A DNA stretch of 55,347 nucleotides, from the NCBI GenBank assembly GCA_964394725.1, contig CAYMYS010000005.1, positions 1 to 55,347 of the forward strand, read 5' to 3'. Source of the stretch: an uncultured Syntrophaceae bacterium. GTDB lineage: Bacteria; Desulfobacterota; Syntrophia; Syntrophales; UBA2210. Under the pieces are notes generated by a model. That model saw only the letters and a list, made by a program, of their open reading frames with translations. It had not been told where the DNA came from and did no database searches. Positions 27,186 through 36,097 of the stretch are shown here, piece by piece. The position numbers and the translations under genes were made by a program. Position 1 is the first letter of the stretch; each line of letters opens with the position of its first letter.

Positions 27186-27549
27186 GATCAACTGTGAGGG
27201 AAAAGAACTGAGTCTGCTCTTCGTCGATGATAGAGAAATCACAGAGATCAACAGACAATACCTGAACAGAGATCATCCAACCAACGTTATCTCCTTTCCC
27301 ATGCTGGAAGGTGAATTCGGCAACATAAATCCCCATGTTTTGGGAGACATCGTCATTTCCGTCGAGACGGCCTTGAGGGACGCCCAAAGCGAAGGATTAG
27401 AATTTGATGACGAAGTGGCCTTCCTCCTCATTCATGGTGTTCTGCACCTTATCGGCTATGACCATGAAAAGTCCGAATCAGAGGCTGTAATCATGAAGGA
27501 GAAGGAACGCGAATTATTCCGGGATCTAAAGGGATATCTCATCGACTGA
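27100..27549 (+). CDS. ybeY: rRNA maturation endonuclease YbeY
   Basis: PTNVISF, LGDIVIS and HGVLHLIGYDH motifs. Confidence 0.95.
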   Translation: MSVLVKNQQEKIKINVPKIRSYLSRILVKINCEGKELSLLFVDDREITEINRQYLNRDHPTNVISFPMLEGEFGNINPHVLGDIVISVETALRDAQSEGLEFDDEVAFLLIHGVLHLIGYDHEKSESEAVIMKEKERELFRDLKGYLID

Positions 27550-27559
27550 CAAACCGGAG

Positions 27560-29548
27560 TTATTCCTTTACGATTATTGTCTGTCCCGCATAGAGTATCG
27601 TCTTTTTATTGAAATTATTCAGTCTAAGAAGCAGTGCGAGGCTAATCTTGTTTTTCTCCGCAATCACCGATAAACAGTCTCCCCTCCTGACGGTATAGGT
27701 CTTTGACGGAGATGTGACGGGGACATAATTCCCATTTCGTATCGTAATAGTCTGCCCCACATATAAACGACTGCGGCTCAATCTGCTCAATCTTTTTGTT
27801 TCCGATATGGTGGTATTAAAGCGTTTCGCGAGCAGCCACAGAGAGTCACCTCGCTTCACCCTGTACTTGATAATCTTCCCATTTACCACTCCTCTTTGAG
27901 CTGCCGGTTTACTTGTCTTACTCTGAGAAACCCTGTAGCCGCTCGACGGTATCTTGAGCCATCTGCCAGCTCGGATTGTGTTTCTGCTTCTCAGGTGATT
28001 TGCGGCAACGATCGCCCTGACCGATGTTTTGTATCGGTCTGCTATTACGGAGAGTGATTCGCCTCGCCGAACCTTGTGTCTCACATAGGCGGGGCCCGGT
28101 TTCTTCGCCTTCGGAATTTTGTCTGCGATACGGGCGAACTTCTCTCCCGTTCCCATGGGAATTTTCAAATCATATTCCCTTTCGGGCGTAATCTTGTATC
28201 TTAATTCCGTATTGATTGCATCAATCCTGTTTACCGGTATACCGAGATGAGCTGCGATGTCTTTCAACCGCATCGATTTCTTGATGACCACCGTCTCATA
28301 GGGGATTGGCTTCTCCAGGCTATCCCCGAGATCGATGCCGTATTTTGCAGGATCTTTTATGACATGCAATGTCGCTATAAATCGCGGAACATATCGAGCC
28401 GTTTCAGAGGGAAGCTGTCGATAGAGATCCCAGAAATTATCAAGGTAATTCATATGCTGCCGAGATATCGCCTTGAGCACCCTTCCCTCTCCGCAATTAT
28501 ATGAGGCGAGCACGGTATACCAGTCACCGAATATTTCGTGCAGTTTCTTCAGATAGGCTATTGCCGCATCCGTCGCTTTCTCGGCATCCATTCTTTCGTC
28601 GATCCAGACATCTCGTTTGAGACCGAATTTGTACCCCGTCGAGGGAATAAACTGCCACAACCCGAGTGCCCTCGCCCGTGAGAGGGCCTTGATCTTGAAG
28701 CCACTTTCTACGAGGGGCAACCATGAGAGTTCCTCGGGCAGACCAGCCTCTTTCAGTTTCTTGAGAATCATGGGCCGGTAGAGTCCTGATCTTTGATAGG
28801 AACTGATGAAGAAACTTTTTTCAAAGGTTTGAAAGCGTTTGATCTCCTTCTGCACGTCGGCATTCATAATCAGTGGCACCTCGCTCTGGTGCCCCGTGGC
28901 AACATTACTCCTCGCTGTGTAGATCTCCAGGATTCTTTTTGCTATAAGAAAGCGGAGATCGTCTTTCTGCCAGGATATATCGGGATCCCCGTCAAGGTCG
29001 ATTATGAGGGAATAGGCATCGTCCAGCAACCCCAGAGCACCGTCCAACTCCCCCTTTTCCCACAGATTTTGAGACTGCCCGAGAAGTTCCAGTGCCTCGT
29101 CAGTCTTTTCCTGTCCCTGATTTTGGATTTCACCGGTACTCTCTTTCGACTCGGAGTTTACCCTGTTTTCGTTCTCGACTTTCACATTGGATGGGAGTTC
29201 TTCTGTGGAATGGTCTTCTATCTCTTCCTTACTTTCTGAGACACTTTTCTCATTGACGATGCTTTTGGGAACAATGTCTTCTTCCTTTGCTATTGAAAGA
29301 GGCGTTTCTTCCTGTCCCTTATTCTCTAAGGTAATTGATTCTCTCTCGGCTTGTTCAATTACCTTTGACTCTCCCTTTTGTTCTTCAAGGGCAATTGTTT
29401 TTTTCTCTTCTTCAAGGACAGTTGATTCCCTCTGAGGAGCAACGGGGGGTGAGACCTGTTGTGTGTCTATTTGAATTGGATATGTACATGAAATAAATAA
29501 TAAAGAAACCAGACAGGTGGAAACGAGTAAACCTCTCAACTTGATCAT
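27560..29548 (-). CDS. mltD: Membrane-bound lytic transglycosylase D-like lipoprotein with 3 LysM domains
   Basis: Lipobox FISC, LVES, GLWQFIP..G and YNCGEG SLT motifs; three V..GDS/ES LysM repeats. Confidence 0.88.
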   Translation of the reverse strand: MIKLRGLLVSTCLVSLLFISCTYPIQIDTQQVSPPVAPQRESTVLEEEKKTIALEEQKGESKVIEQAERESITLENKGQEETPLSIAKEEDIVPKSIVNEKSVSESKEEIEDHSTEELPSNVKVENENRVNSESKESTGEIQNQGQEKTDEALELLGQSQNLWEKGELDGALGLLDDAYSLIIDLDGDPDISWQKDDLRFLIAKRILEIYTARSNVATGHQSEVPLIMNADVQKEIKRFQTFEKSFFISSYQRSGLYRPMILKKLKEAGLPEELSWLPLVESGFKIKALSRARALGLWQFIPSTGYKFGLKRDVWIDERMDAEKATDAAIAYLKKLHEIFGDWYTVLASYNCGEGRVLKAISRQHMNYLDNFWDLYRQLPSETARYVPRFIATLHVIKDPAKYGIDLGDSLEKPIPYETVVIKKSMRLKDIAAHLGIPVNRIDAINTELRYKITPEREYDLKIPMGTGEKFARIADKIPKAKKPGPAYVRHKVRRGESLSVIADRYKTSVRAIVAANHLRSRNTIRAGRWLKIPSSGYRVSQSKTSKPAAQRGVVNGKIIKYRVKRGDSLWLLAKRFNTTISETKRLSRLSRSRLYVGQTITIRNGNYVPVTSPSKTYTVRRGDCLSVIAEKNKISLALLLRLNNFNKKTILYAGQTIIVKE

Positions 29549-29622
29549 AAAAAGAAACTCCCATTCAACAGTTATGCAGCATGACTAAACTATTTTGTTT
29601 ATAATTGCAATGAATAAAAAAC

Positions 29623-29806
29623 TTTACGAATCAGTACAAAGTCATTTTCGAGCGGATTTGAGCATTTCGGAAAACAGCTGATAGCAGTGGTTGGCGTTAA
29701 GAAAATCTAATTGTTTGAGTTCCTTAGTACGATTTTTAGCCAGGTGCCGAAATCATCCCCGGAATGGTCATCAAGCGAGAAAACTGACCTTTTACCGGAC
29801 CATCAA
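29623..29806 (-). mobile_element. MITE-like dispersed element, copy B
   Basis: Reverse-strand homolog of 16167..16358; begins TTGATGGTCCGGTAAAAGGTC and has a degenerate inverted copy at the other end. Confidence 0.65.
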
Positions 29807-29887
29807 ACTTGTCTCAGTGGACAATAGTGAGTCACCGGATAAAGAGTTAACCCAGCAGTACGAGTCTGTTTAAAAGAGGCAAACCAA

Positions 29888-30977
29888 TCAGCTCATAAGG
29901 TATGCTTCCATCAAATCATTAATGTCTCCGTCTAATACCCTGTCCACATTTCCCACTTCCATGCCTGTCCTGTGATCCTTTATCAATTTATAGGGGTGAA
30001 GAACATAGGAACGTATCTGACTTCCCCATGCAATCTGCTTTTTACCCTTATTCATTTCCTTCATTTTTTCACTTTTTTCTCGCAGTTTCATCTCGTATAG
30101 CCTTGACTTTAAAACCTTGAGAGCCGTCGCCTTATTTTTATGCTGTGATCGTTCATTCTGGCACTGAACAACAATTCCTGTGGGCATGTGCGTAATCCTG
30201 ATGGCGGAATCTGTCTTATTGACGTGCTGGCCGCCCGCGCCACTTGCCCTGTAGGTATCTATGCGGAGGTCATTTTCATCGAGTTCGACGGGCACATCGT
30301 CACTAACCTGTGGATAGACAAATACTGAGGCAAATGATGTGTGTCGCCTCCTGCCGGTATCGAAGGGTGATATGCGTACAAGCCGGTGAATTCCCACTTC
30401 AGCCTTTGCATATCCGTATGCATATGGGCCGTCTATGGTTACTGTCACACTCTTTGTGCCCGCTTCATCACCTGCCTGAAAGTCTATGATTTCAGCGGTG
30501 TAATCGCGTCTCTCCGCCCATCTGAGATACATGCGCAGAAGCATCTCCCCCCAGTCCTGGGCCTCCGTACCACCGGCTCCTGCATGGATGGTCATGATGG
30601 CACTTCCCGGATCCTCTTCATTGCCTAACATCATCTTAAATTCGTCATTTCTGACAGACGATTCAAGGTCATCGAGATTGTCTTTAACCTCCTGAAGCGT
30701 ATTATCGTCATTTTCTTCCTTGGCCATCTCAAAGAGCATCGTCAATTCCTGGAGAGTCTTTTTCTTATCATTAAGGTTTGTTATTACCTGTTCCAGATTA
30801 TTTTTTTCTTTGAGGATATCTCTGGCCTTTTCATGGTCACTCCAGAAATCCTCCTTTTGTGCCTCCTTCTCCAGTATCCTTATTCTCTTTTCCTTTTCAT
30901 CTATTTCAAAGATAACCTCGAAGTGTATCTATTCTTTTCTCCAATTCCTTTAAGGTTTCATAAATAGTCTCTATCAT
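29888..30977 (-). CDS. prfB: Peptide chain release factor 2 with programmed +1 frameshift: join(30977..30909, 30907..29888)
   Basis: ATG 30977 gives MIETIYETLKELEKRIDTLRGYL then CTT TGA (30911-30906) with AGGT 3 nt upstream. The +1 frame continues into the SPF and GGQ motifs; ~362 aa in total. Confidence 0.95.
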
Positions 30978-32490
30978 CTCTAACTCTCCTCTTCAGTGAA
31001 AATAAAAATACAAATACAACAAGGACAATACAGATATATATGAACACATTACCATAGGTTCCATAAAATGTACTGCACTGTAATAACTTTACCCTTCCAT
31101 TGAGGACCGATCTTTCAAAGAGTTCCGTCCTGGAAGTTATCTTTCCCCGGGGATCGATTATTGCGCTTATCCCCGTATTGGCCGCCCGTATAAGGTAGCT
31201 CCGGTTTTCCACTGCGCGGAACGCAGCCATTGTCAGATGCTGGTAAGGCGCCGATGTCCTGCCATACCAGGCATCATTCGTTACGTTTACGAGGAGCATG
31301 CTCCCCTTTTTTCCGAATTCCGCACTGATTGCGGGAAAAATTGCCTCATAACAAATCAAAATACCGATCTTCTTGCCATCCATTACCACGGGGTTTATGT
31401 CCTCGCCTGTTATGAAATCTCCGGCGCCGACAACCAGCTTTTCGACAAAGAAGAGAAGTCTCTTCAGCGGAACATATTCTCCAAAAGGTACGAGGTGCAT
31501 CTTATCGTATCTCCCGATGACATCGCCCTCGGGAGATACCATGTATGCGCTGTTTTTAAAAAAATATCTTTCCTTGTCGCTTACATAACTGGGACTGCCA
31601 AAAAGGAGATATGATCCCGTATGTCTGGCGATATCTAAAATATTCCTGTGCATCTCATCGATGTTCTGAAAGTAAAAGGGGGCGGCAGTCTCGGGCCAGA
31701 CTATAAGCCTCGGTTTTGTCTTCGATGCCTTGAGCGACAACTCACGGTATATCCTGAGCGTATCCGACTGATACTGAGGATCCCACTTGACGGACTGGTC
31801 TATATTCCCCTGAATAAGCGAAACATTGACAGGTGAAATGTCCTTCAGTAAGTTTTGCACATCTTCGATACGATAGACTCCATAACCCATGACGAGAAGG
31901 ACGACCAGTATACCCGAGGTCACTTCTGTGAGAATTGTTCCCCTCCTACTTTTTATCAGTACATCGTAGATAATACAGTTTACCAGGACAATCAAAAAGG
32001 TTATCCCGTAGATCCCCGTAACATCTGTAATCTGTATCAGTAATGTAATATCATATTGAGAATAAGCAAGGTTTTCCCAGGGAAAGCCCGTCAGAAAATG
32101 TGATTTTACAAATTCAAGTACTGTCCACACCAAGGGGGCCGCATAAATCTCCCTTACTCCCCTCTTTCTGAAATAGACCAGGGCCACTGAAAAGAGGGAG
32201 ACATAGAGGCTCAGATAGAGTGCCAGGAGAACCATGATGGAAATACCGAGGTAGAGGGGCAAATATCCGTAATGCACTACCACGAAAGAAACCCAGTATA
32301 TGATCCCTATATTGTAGACGAGCCCTGTTGTCAAGCCTATGAAGAATGCCTCTGAAAGGGATTTGCCCTTCAGGGCGCAGAGAAGGGGAATGACGGCAAC
32401 CCATATAAGATATTGGAATTCATATTTTGGAAAAGAAATGAAGAGTAAGATTCCCGAGGCCAGCGATAGAATGAATGCCTTCCTGTCCAT
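30958..32490 (-). CDS. lnt: Apolipoprotein N-acyltransferase
   Basis: GFPW, WPETA, KMHLVPFGEY, ICYE and NDAW motifs. Confidence 0.95.
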   Translation of the reverse strand: MDRKAFILSLASGILLFISFPKYEFQYLIWVAVIPLLCALKGKSLSEAFFIGLTTGLVYNIGIIYWVSFVVVHYGYLPLYLGISIMVLLALYLSLYVSLFSVALVYFRKRGVREIYAAPLVWTVLEFVKSHFLTGFPWENLAYSQYDITLLIQITDVTGIYGITFLIVLVNCIIYDVLIKSRRGTILTEVTSGILVVLLVMGYGVYRIEDVQNLLKDISPVNVSLIQGNIDQSVKWDPQYQSDTLRIYRELSLKASKTKPRLIVWPETAAPFYFQNIDEMHRNILDIARHTGSYLLFGSPSYVSDKERYFFKNSAYMVSPEGDVIGRYDKMHLVPFGEYVPLKRLLFFVEKLVVGAGDFITGEDINPVVMDGKKIGILICYEAIFPAISAEFGKKGSMLLVNVTNDAWYGRTSAPYQHLTMAAFRAVENRSYLIRAANTGISAIIDPRGKITSRTELFERSVLNGRVKLLQCSTFYGTYGNVFIYICIVLVVFVFLFSLKRRVRDDRDYL

Positions 32491-32491
32491 A

Positions 32492-33301
32492 TTATGAGAT
32501 ATTCCTTAGTGCCTCTTGATCTGTTCCTTTTATCCTCACCCGTTTAATCCTTCTCTCGTCTGCAGACTCTATAACCATCTCCAGGTTATTGTACCTGACC
32601 TTCTCTCCCGTTACGGGAATCTTCTTGATTATATGAAAGATAAACCCTCCCAGGGTTTCGAACTGCCCCTCGGGGACCTCTATGCCGAAATATTCCTCAA
32701 ATTCTTCTATCTCTACCCGGCTGTCAACAAGTACATCTCCCTCGGGGAGTGTAATGAAGGGATCATCCTCTTCGTCATGCTCGTCACGAATCTCACCGAC
32801 GATTTCCTCAATCAGATCTTCCAGTGTAACCAGTCCCGAGGTGCCGCCATATTCATCTATTACGATGGCCATATGCGATTTCTTTTCCTTCAACTCATGA
32901 AAGAGGAGATTTACACTTTTTGTTTCCGGAATAAAGTAGACCTTTCTCACAACTGACTGAATATTCTTGTCCACATTCTCTTCCGACGAAAACCCTATCA
33001 GATCCTTTACATTTAAAATTCCAATAATGTTATCAATATGTTCATCATAAACAGGCATCCTTGTATGGCCTTGCTTCGAAATGAACTGCAGAATGTCTTC
33101 AATCAATGAATCGCTGCTGACTGCAATTATTTCCGTCCGGGGCACCATAACTTCCCGAACCATTTTCCCCCTCATTTCAAGGACACTCTTTATCATGTCG
33201 CCAGATTGCTTGTCTATGGTGCCATCGGCTATTCCGGTTTTGATGATTGATTGTATCTTATCTTCAAGGAAGGACAATTTGTTATTTTTGTAACTCTTCA
33301 A
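32492..33301 (-). CDS. corC: CorC/HlyC family CBS-domain protein
   Basis: VMVPR, HTRMPVY, VIDEYGGTSGLVTLEDLIEEIVGEI.DE motif. The true start may be ATT at 33343. Confidence 0.9.
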   Translation of the reverse strand: MKSYKNNKLSFLEDKIQSIIKTGIADGTIDKQSGDMIKSVLEMRGKMVREVMVPRTEIIAVSSDSLIEDILQFISKQGHTRMPVYDEHIDNIIGILNVKDLIGFSSEENVDKNIQSVVRKVYFIPETKSVNLLFHELKEKKSHMAIVIDEYGGTSGLVTLEDLIEEIVGEIRDEHDEEDDPFITLPEGDVLVDSRVEIEEFEEYFGIEVPEGQFETLGGFIFHIIKKIPVTGEKVRYNNLEMVIESADERRIKRVRIKGTDQEALRNIS

Positions 33302-33523
33302 GAGGATCCCGGCTATCCAGGCTTTTAATTTTTCGGTAAAAATCTTCCCCCTCCTTATTGTATTGCAGTCTCTCTGTTTTCTTCGGTTTTACCTTATATT
33401 ATGCCTGACAAAAAGGCAAGAATCGAATTTAGCCTCATATACATCTTGAAGTATATGGTTACATATTATAGACTTACACATCACTCTAAAATTGTTCAAA
33501 GAGCAGGGCGGTATTTCCTCACT

Positions 33524-34222
33524 ATGAAGACAGACAAAGAGTTAATAAACGAACTGGAAAGCATGTATCGTCAAGTGGCGGAGGAAAACATTGGAGACAC
33601 AAAATCGGCATTGCAAAAGATTCCCCTGGCGTTGGAAACCGATTCCACGGAAAGGCAGACGCCTCCACCCCGACGCCCTAAAACCGGAATTTTTTTGCTA
33701 AGCCTTTTTTTAATCCCCTTAATGGGCTTTTTCCTCTGGCCTCAGATATATCACGAAGGATTGACCAAGTCAGGAGATAAGATTTACCCCGTACGAACAA
33801 ACAAAATCACGGGAGGGAAGAGTTACTTTTATAAAGACAAGTGGAGAAGTAATCCCCTACCGACGGCCAGGCCCGTCAGGTCGCCCATCACGATTTCGAT
33901 GGAATCGCCTCCCCCGATGATTGACGATGCGGAAAAAGTACCGCTATCAACGGTTCCACCATCACATGAGGGAAGATACACGATACAGATCAAGGCTATT
34001 AAGGATTTCAAAAAAGTGAATGATTTTTTGGCACTGCTTCAAAAGAGGGGCTTTAAACCTTTTTGGGAAGAGGTCACAATCAAGAATAAAGGGATCTGGT
34101 ACAGGATTTTTATCGGACGTTTTTCAGACACATCTGAAGCAACAAAATACCTCAACGAAAATAAGATCGCTGTCTCCTATCCGGGGAGTTTCGTTCAGAA
34201 GGTCTCTTCCAATCTGTCTTAG
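33524..34222 (+). CDS. SPOR-domain membrane protein
   Basis: One TM helix, Pro-rich linker, C-terminal YTIQI..WYRIFIGRF SPOR motif. ATG 33524 is preferred over 33401. Confidence 0.8.
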   Translation: MKTDKELINELESMYRQVAEENIGDTKSALQKIPLALETDSTERQTPPPRRPKTGIFLLSLFLIPLMGFFLWPQIYHEGLTKSGDKIYPVRTNKITGGKSYFYKDKWRSNPLPTARPVRSPITISMESPPPMIDDAEKVPLSTVPPSHEGRYTIQIKAIKDFKKVNDFLALLQKRGFKPFWEEVTIKNKGIWYRIFIGRFSDTSEATKYLNENKIAVSYPGSFVQKVSSNLS

Positions 34223-34848
34223 CCTTCAAGCCTTTTCATATAGCGCTCTACCACACCGTCAACATCATCGGAAAAGTAATGCACATAGGCCTTCAAGAAT
34301 CCCTTCAAATGAAATCTTGAAGGAAGGTTATCGAATTGATCATTTTCAATGTAGCGCAAGAATTCGATCCATATTTTTGTTCGCTCGGCAATATTCTCTA
34401 ACTTTATCCCCGTCTCCTTTCTCATCCGTGTCAGGTCCATACCCGTTATGGTCTCCTGTGCAAGGATCTCCTCGTGGATTGCCGTTCTTTTCTTTCCCGA
34501 AATTTCAGATTGCACGGCTGCTTTTGGCGGTGTGGTTTTCTGCTTTGGCTGATACATCGGTCTTTTGTTGACCTTACTCTTGTGCAACTCTTCATCCAGT
34601 ACACCCAACCTGATCAACATCTTGTCATATTCCGCTCTCGTCTTCTCATTAACCAGCGTGGAAAATGCCGCTTCCAATCGTGCAAGTATCTTCGCCCTTT
34701 CTCCTTCTGAGAAGAAGGAATAACTTGCCAGTGAGCTGTCCTGATAGACCTGCAGGGCTGTATTATAGGCGTGCCTCACCTCAAAAGGTGTGGCATCAAG
34801 AGTGATATCGAGCATTTCGTAGTAGTTTAGCTTCTCAAATAATTTCAT
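34219..34848 (-). CDS. Degenerate J-domain + HTH_25 (RodZ-like Xre HTH) protein
   Basis: NYYEMLDI..DAT..EV..AY J-like start without HPD; C-terminal G.DL..MRK..GI.LE.IAERTKI..IE..F..LP..GFLKAY. Confidence 0.75.
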   Translation of the reverse strand: MKLFEKLNYYEMLDITLDATPFEVRHAYNTALQVYQDSSLASYSFFSEGERAKILARLEAAFSTLVNEKTRAEYDKMLIRLGVLDEELHKSKVNKRPMYQPKQKTTPPKAAVQSEISGKKRTAIHEEILAQETITGMDLTRMRKETGIKLENIAERTKIWIEFLRYIENDQFDNLPSRFHLKGFLKAYVHYFSDDVDGVVERYMKRLEG

Positions 34849-34853
34849 TGTAG

Positions 34854-35750
34854 TTAACTACCCGTCAATAGTACGTTGTTGCAAATCTCTCTCAGATCGG
34901 TCGTTGTTTGCGTGTATGGATACTTATACACGAAGGCCGTTTTTTTGCATACGGCATCGTGAACCCGATCGTCAAATCCAACATTCCCCAGAAAATGCAT
35001 TTTGATTCCAACATGTTTTTCTATGATTTTGCACATGAGAACACCGAGATTTGGGTTATCCTGCTGTCGCATTTGGTTGATAACCAGCTTAAACTTCAGT
35101 TCCGACAGATTCTTTTCTATGAGCTTACCCTTTTCCGGATCGTGCTCTTTCACTATATCTATGAGATCTTCAAGATAATCTATTGTTCCGCTCTTATTTT
35201 TCGCCGTTGCCTTTTCGATAATGCTTCTGAAATCGTGTACGCTGAGCATATGCCGTATTTTTCTGACATATACGGAGCGCGTCAGTCGGTATACATTTTC
35301 TATCGATGTCGGTTCCGGTGTGGTCACAAATATACCTGAATTGGACATCATGAAAAAATCTATGGTATTAAAGGAGGTCCCGGCACCGAGATCTAGCAGG
35401 ATATATTCGTACGGAAGTTTTGATATGGCTCTCAAAATCTTTAACTTTTGCATATAGATGATGTTGGCCATATCCAGATTGTTCCTGGCGCCACTGATCA
35501 TAAAGAGATTTGGAACGGATGTCTTAATTACCACCTCGCCAAGCGTCTTTACATTATGGTTTATAAAATCCGATAAACCTCTTTCCGGATCGGATATGCC
35601 CATTATGGTATGCAGGTTTGCGGCACCAAAGTCGGCATCTATAAGGAGGGTCTTTTTGCCGTGCATGGCTAGTAAAATACCGAGACTGCCCGTCAGAAAA
35701 CTTTTCCCCGAGCCTCCCTTGCTTCCACCTATTGGCCAAATATGCTTCAC
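34854..35750 (-). CDS. FlhG/MinD-like P-loop ATPase
   Basis: Deviant Walker A KGGSGKS, LIDADFGAANLH, LDLGAG and TPEPTSIEN motifs. Confidence 0.85.
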   Translation of the reverse strand: MKHIWPIGGSKGGSGKSFLTGSLGILLAMHGKKTLLIDADFGAANLHTIMGISDPERGLSDFINHNVKTLGEVVIKTSVPNLFMISGARNNLDMANIIYMQKLKILRAISKLPYEYILLDLGAGTSFNTIDFFMMSNSGIFVTTPEPTSIENVYRLTRSVYVRKIRHMLSVHDFRSIIEKATAKNKSGTIDYLEDLIDIVKEHDPEKGKLIEKNLSELKFKLVINQMRQQDNPNLGVLMCKIIEKHVGIKMHFLGNVGFDDRVHDAVCKKTAFVYKYPYTQTTTDLREICNNVLLTGS

Positions 35751-35830
35751 AGGTTACCTCCGCGTGAAAGTCTGTGGGAGAATATAACATATTCTCATAA
35801 TTTTCAAGCAGTTTGATCTCGCCTAGAATC

Positions 35831-35863
35831 AAAAAGGGGTTAACTTTGCAGTTAACCCCTTTT
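35831..35863 (-). terminator. Intrinsic terminator after the tRNA-Val/tRNA-Asp pair (possibly bidirectional)
   Basis: AGGGGTTAAC / GTTAACCCCT stem with A/T tracts on both sides. Confidence 0.8.
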
Positions 35864-35868
35864 ATTGT

Positions 35869-35945
35869 TGGCGGGGTCGATGGGACTCGAACCCACGGCC
35901 TCCGGCGTGACAAGCCGGCGTTATAACCAACTTAACTACGACCCC
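35869..35945 (-). tRNA. tRNA-Asp(GTC)
   Basis: GGGGTCG/CGACCCC acceptor stem, CCGGC-TTGTCAC-GCCGG anticodon arm, GTTCGAG T-loop, CCA; 77 nt. Confidence 0.96.
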
Positions 35946-35954
35946 GAATATGCA

Positions 35955-36030
35955 TGGTAGGCGGAACAGGACTTGAACCTGTGACATCCACGGTGTAAGC
36001 GTGGCGCTCTCCCAACTGAGCTACCCGCCC
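35955..36030 (-). tRNA. tRNA-Val(TAC)
   Basis: CCACG-CTTACAC-CGTGG anticodon arm, GTTCAAG T-loop, CCA; 76 nt. Confidence 0.95.
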
Positions 36031-36097
36031 TCGCCCGACATGGATGCATTAATAAACCAAAAACACAGCTGCTGTCAAGCAATTTGTAATGTAAAAT

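Noticed and set aside
29691-29873. 60-aa ORF on +
   Set aside because: It lies mostly within MITE-like copy B; no coding signature.
35554-35913. 119-aa ORF on -
   Set aside because: It overlaps tRNA-Asp, its terminator and the ATPase gene out of frame.
35955-36030. Two G-U pairs in the tRNA-Val acceptor stem as a sign of a pseudo-tRNA
   Set aside because: All other arms and the CCA are intact; wobble pairs are tolerated.
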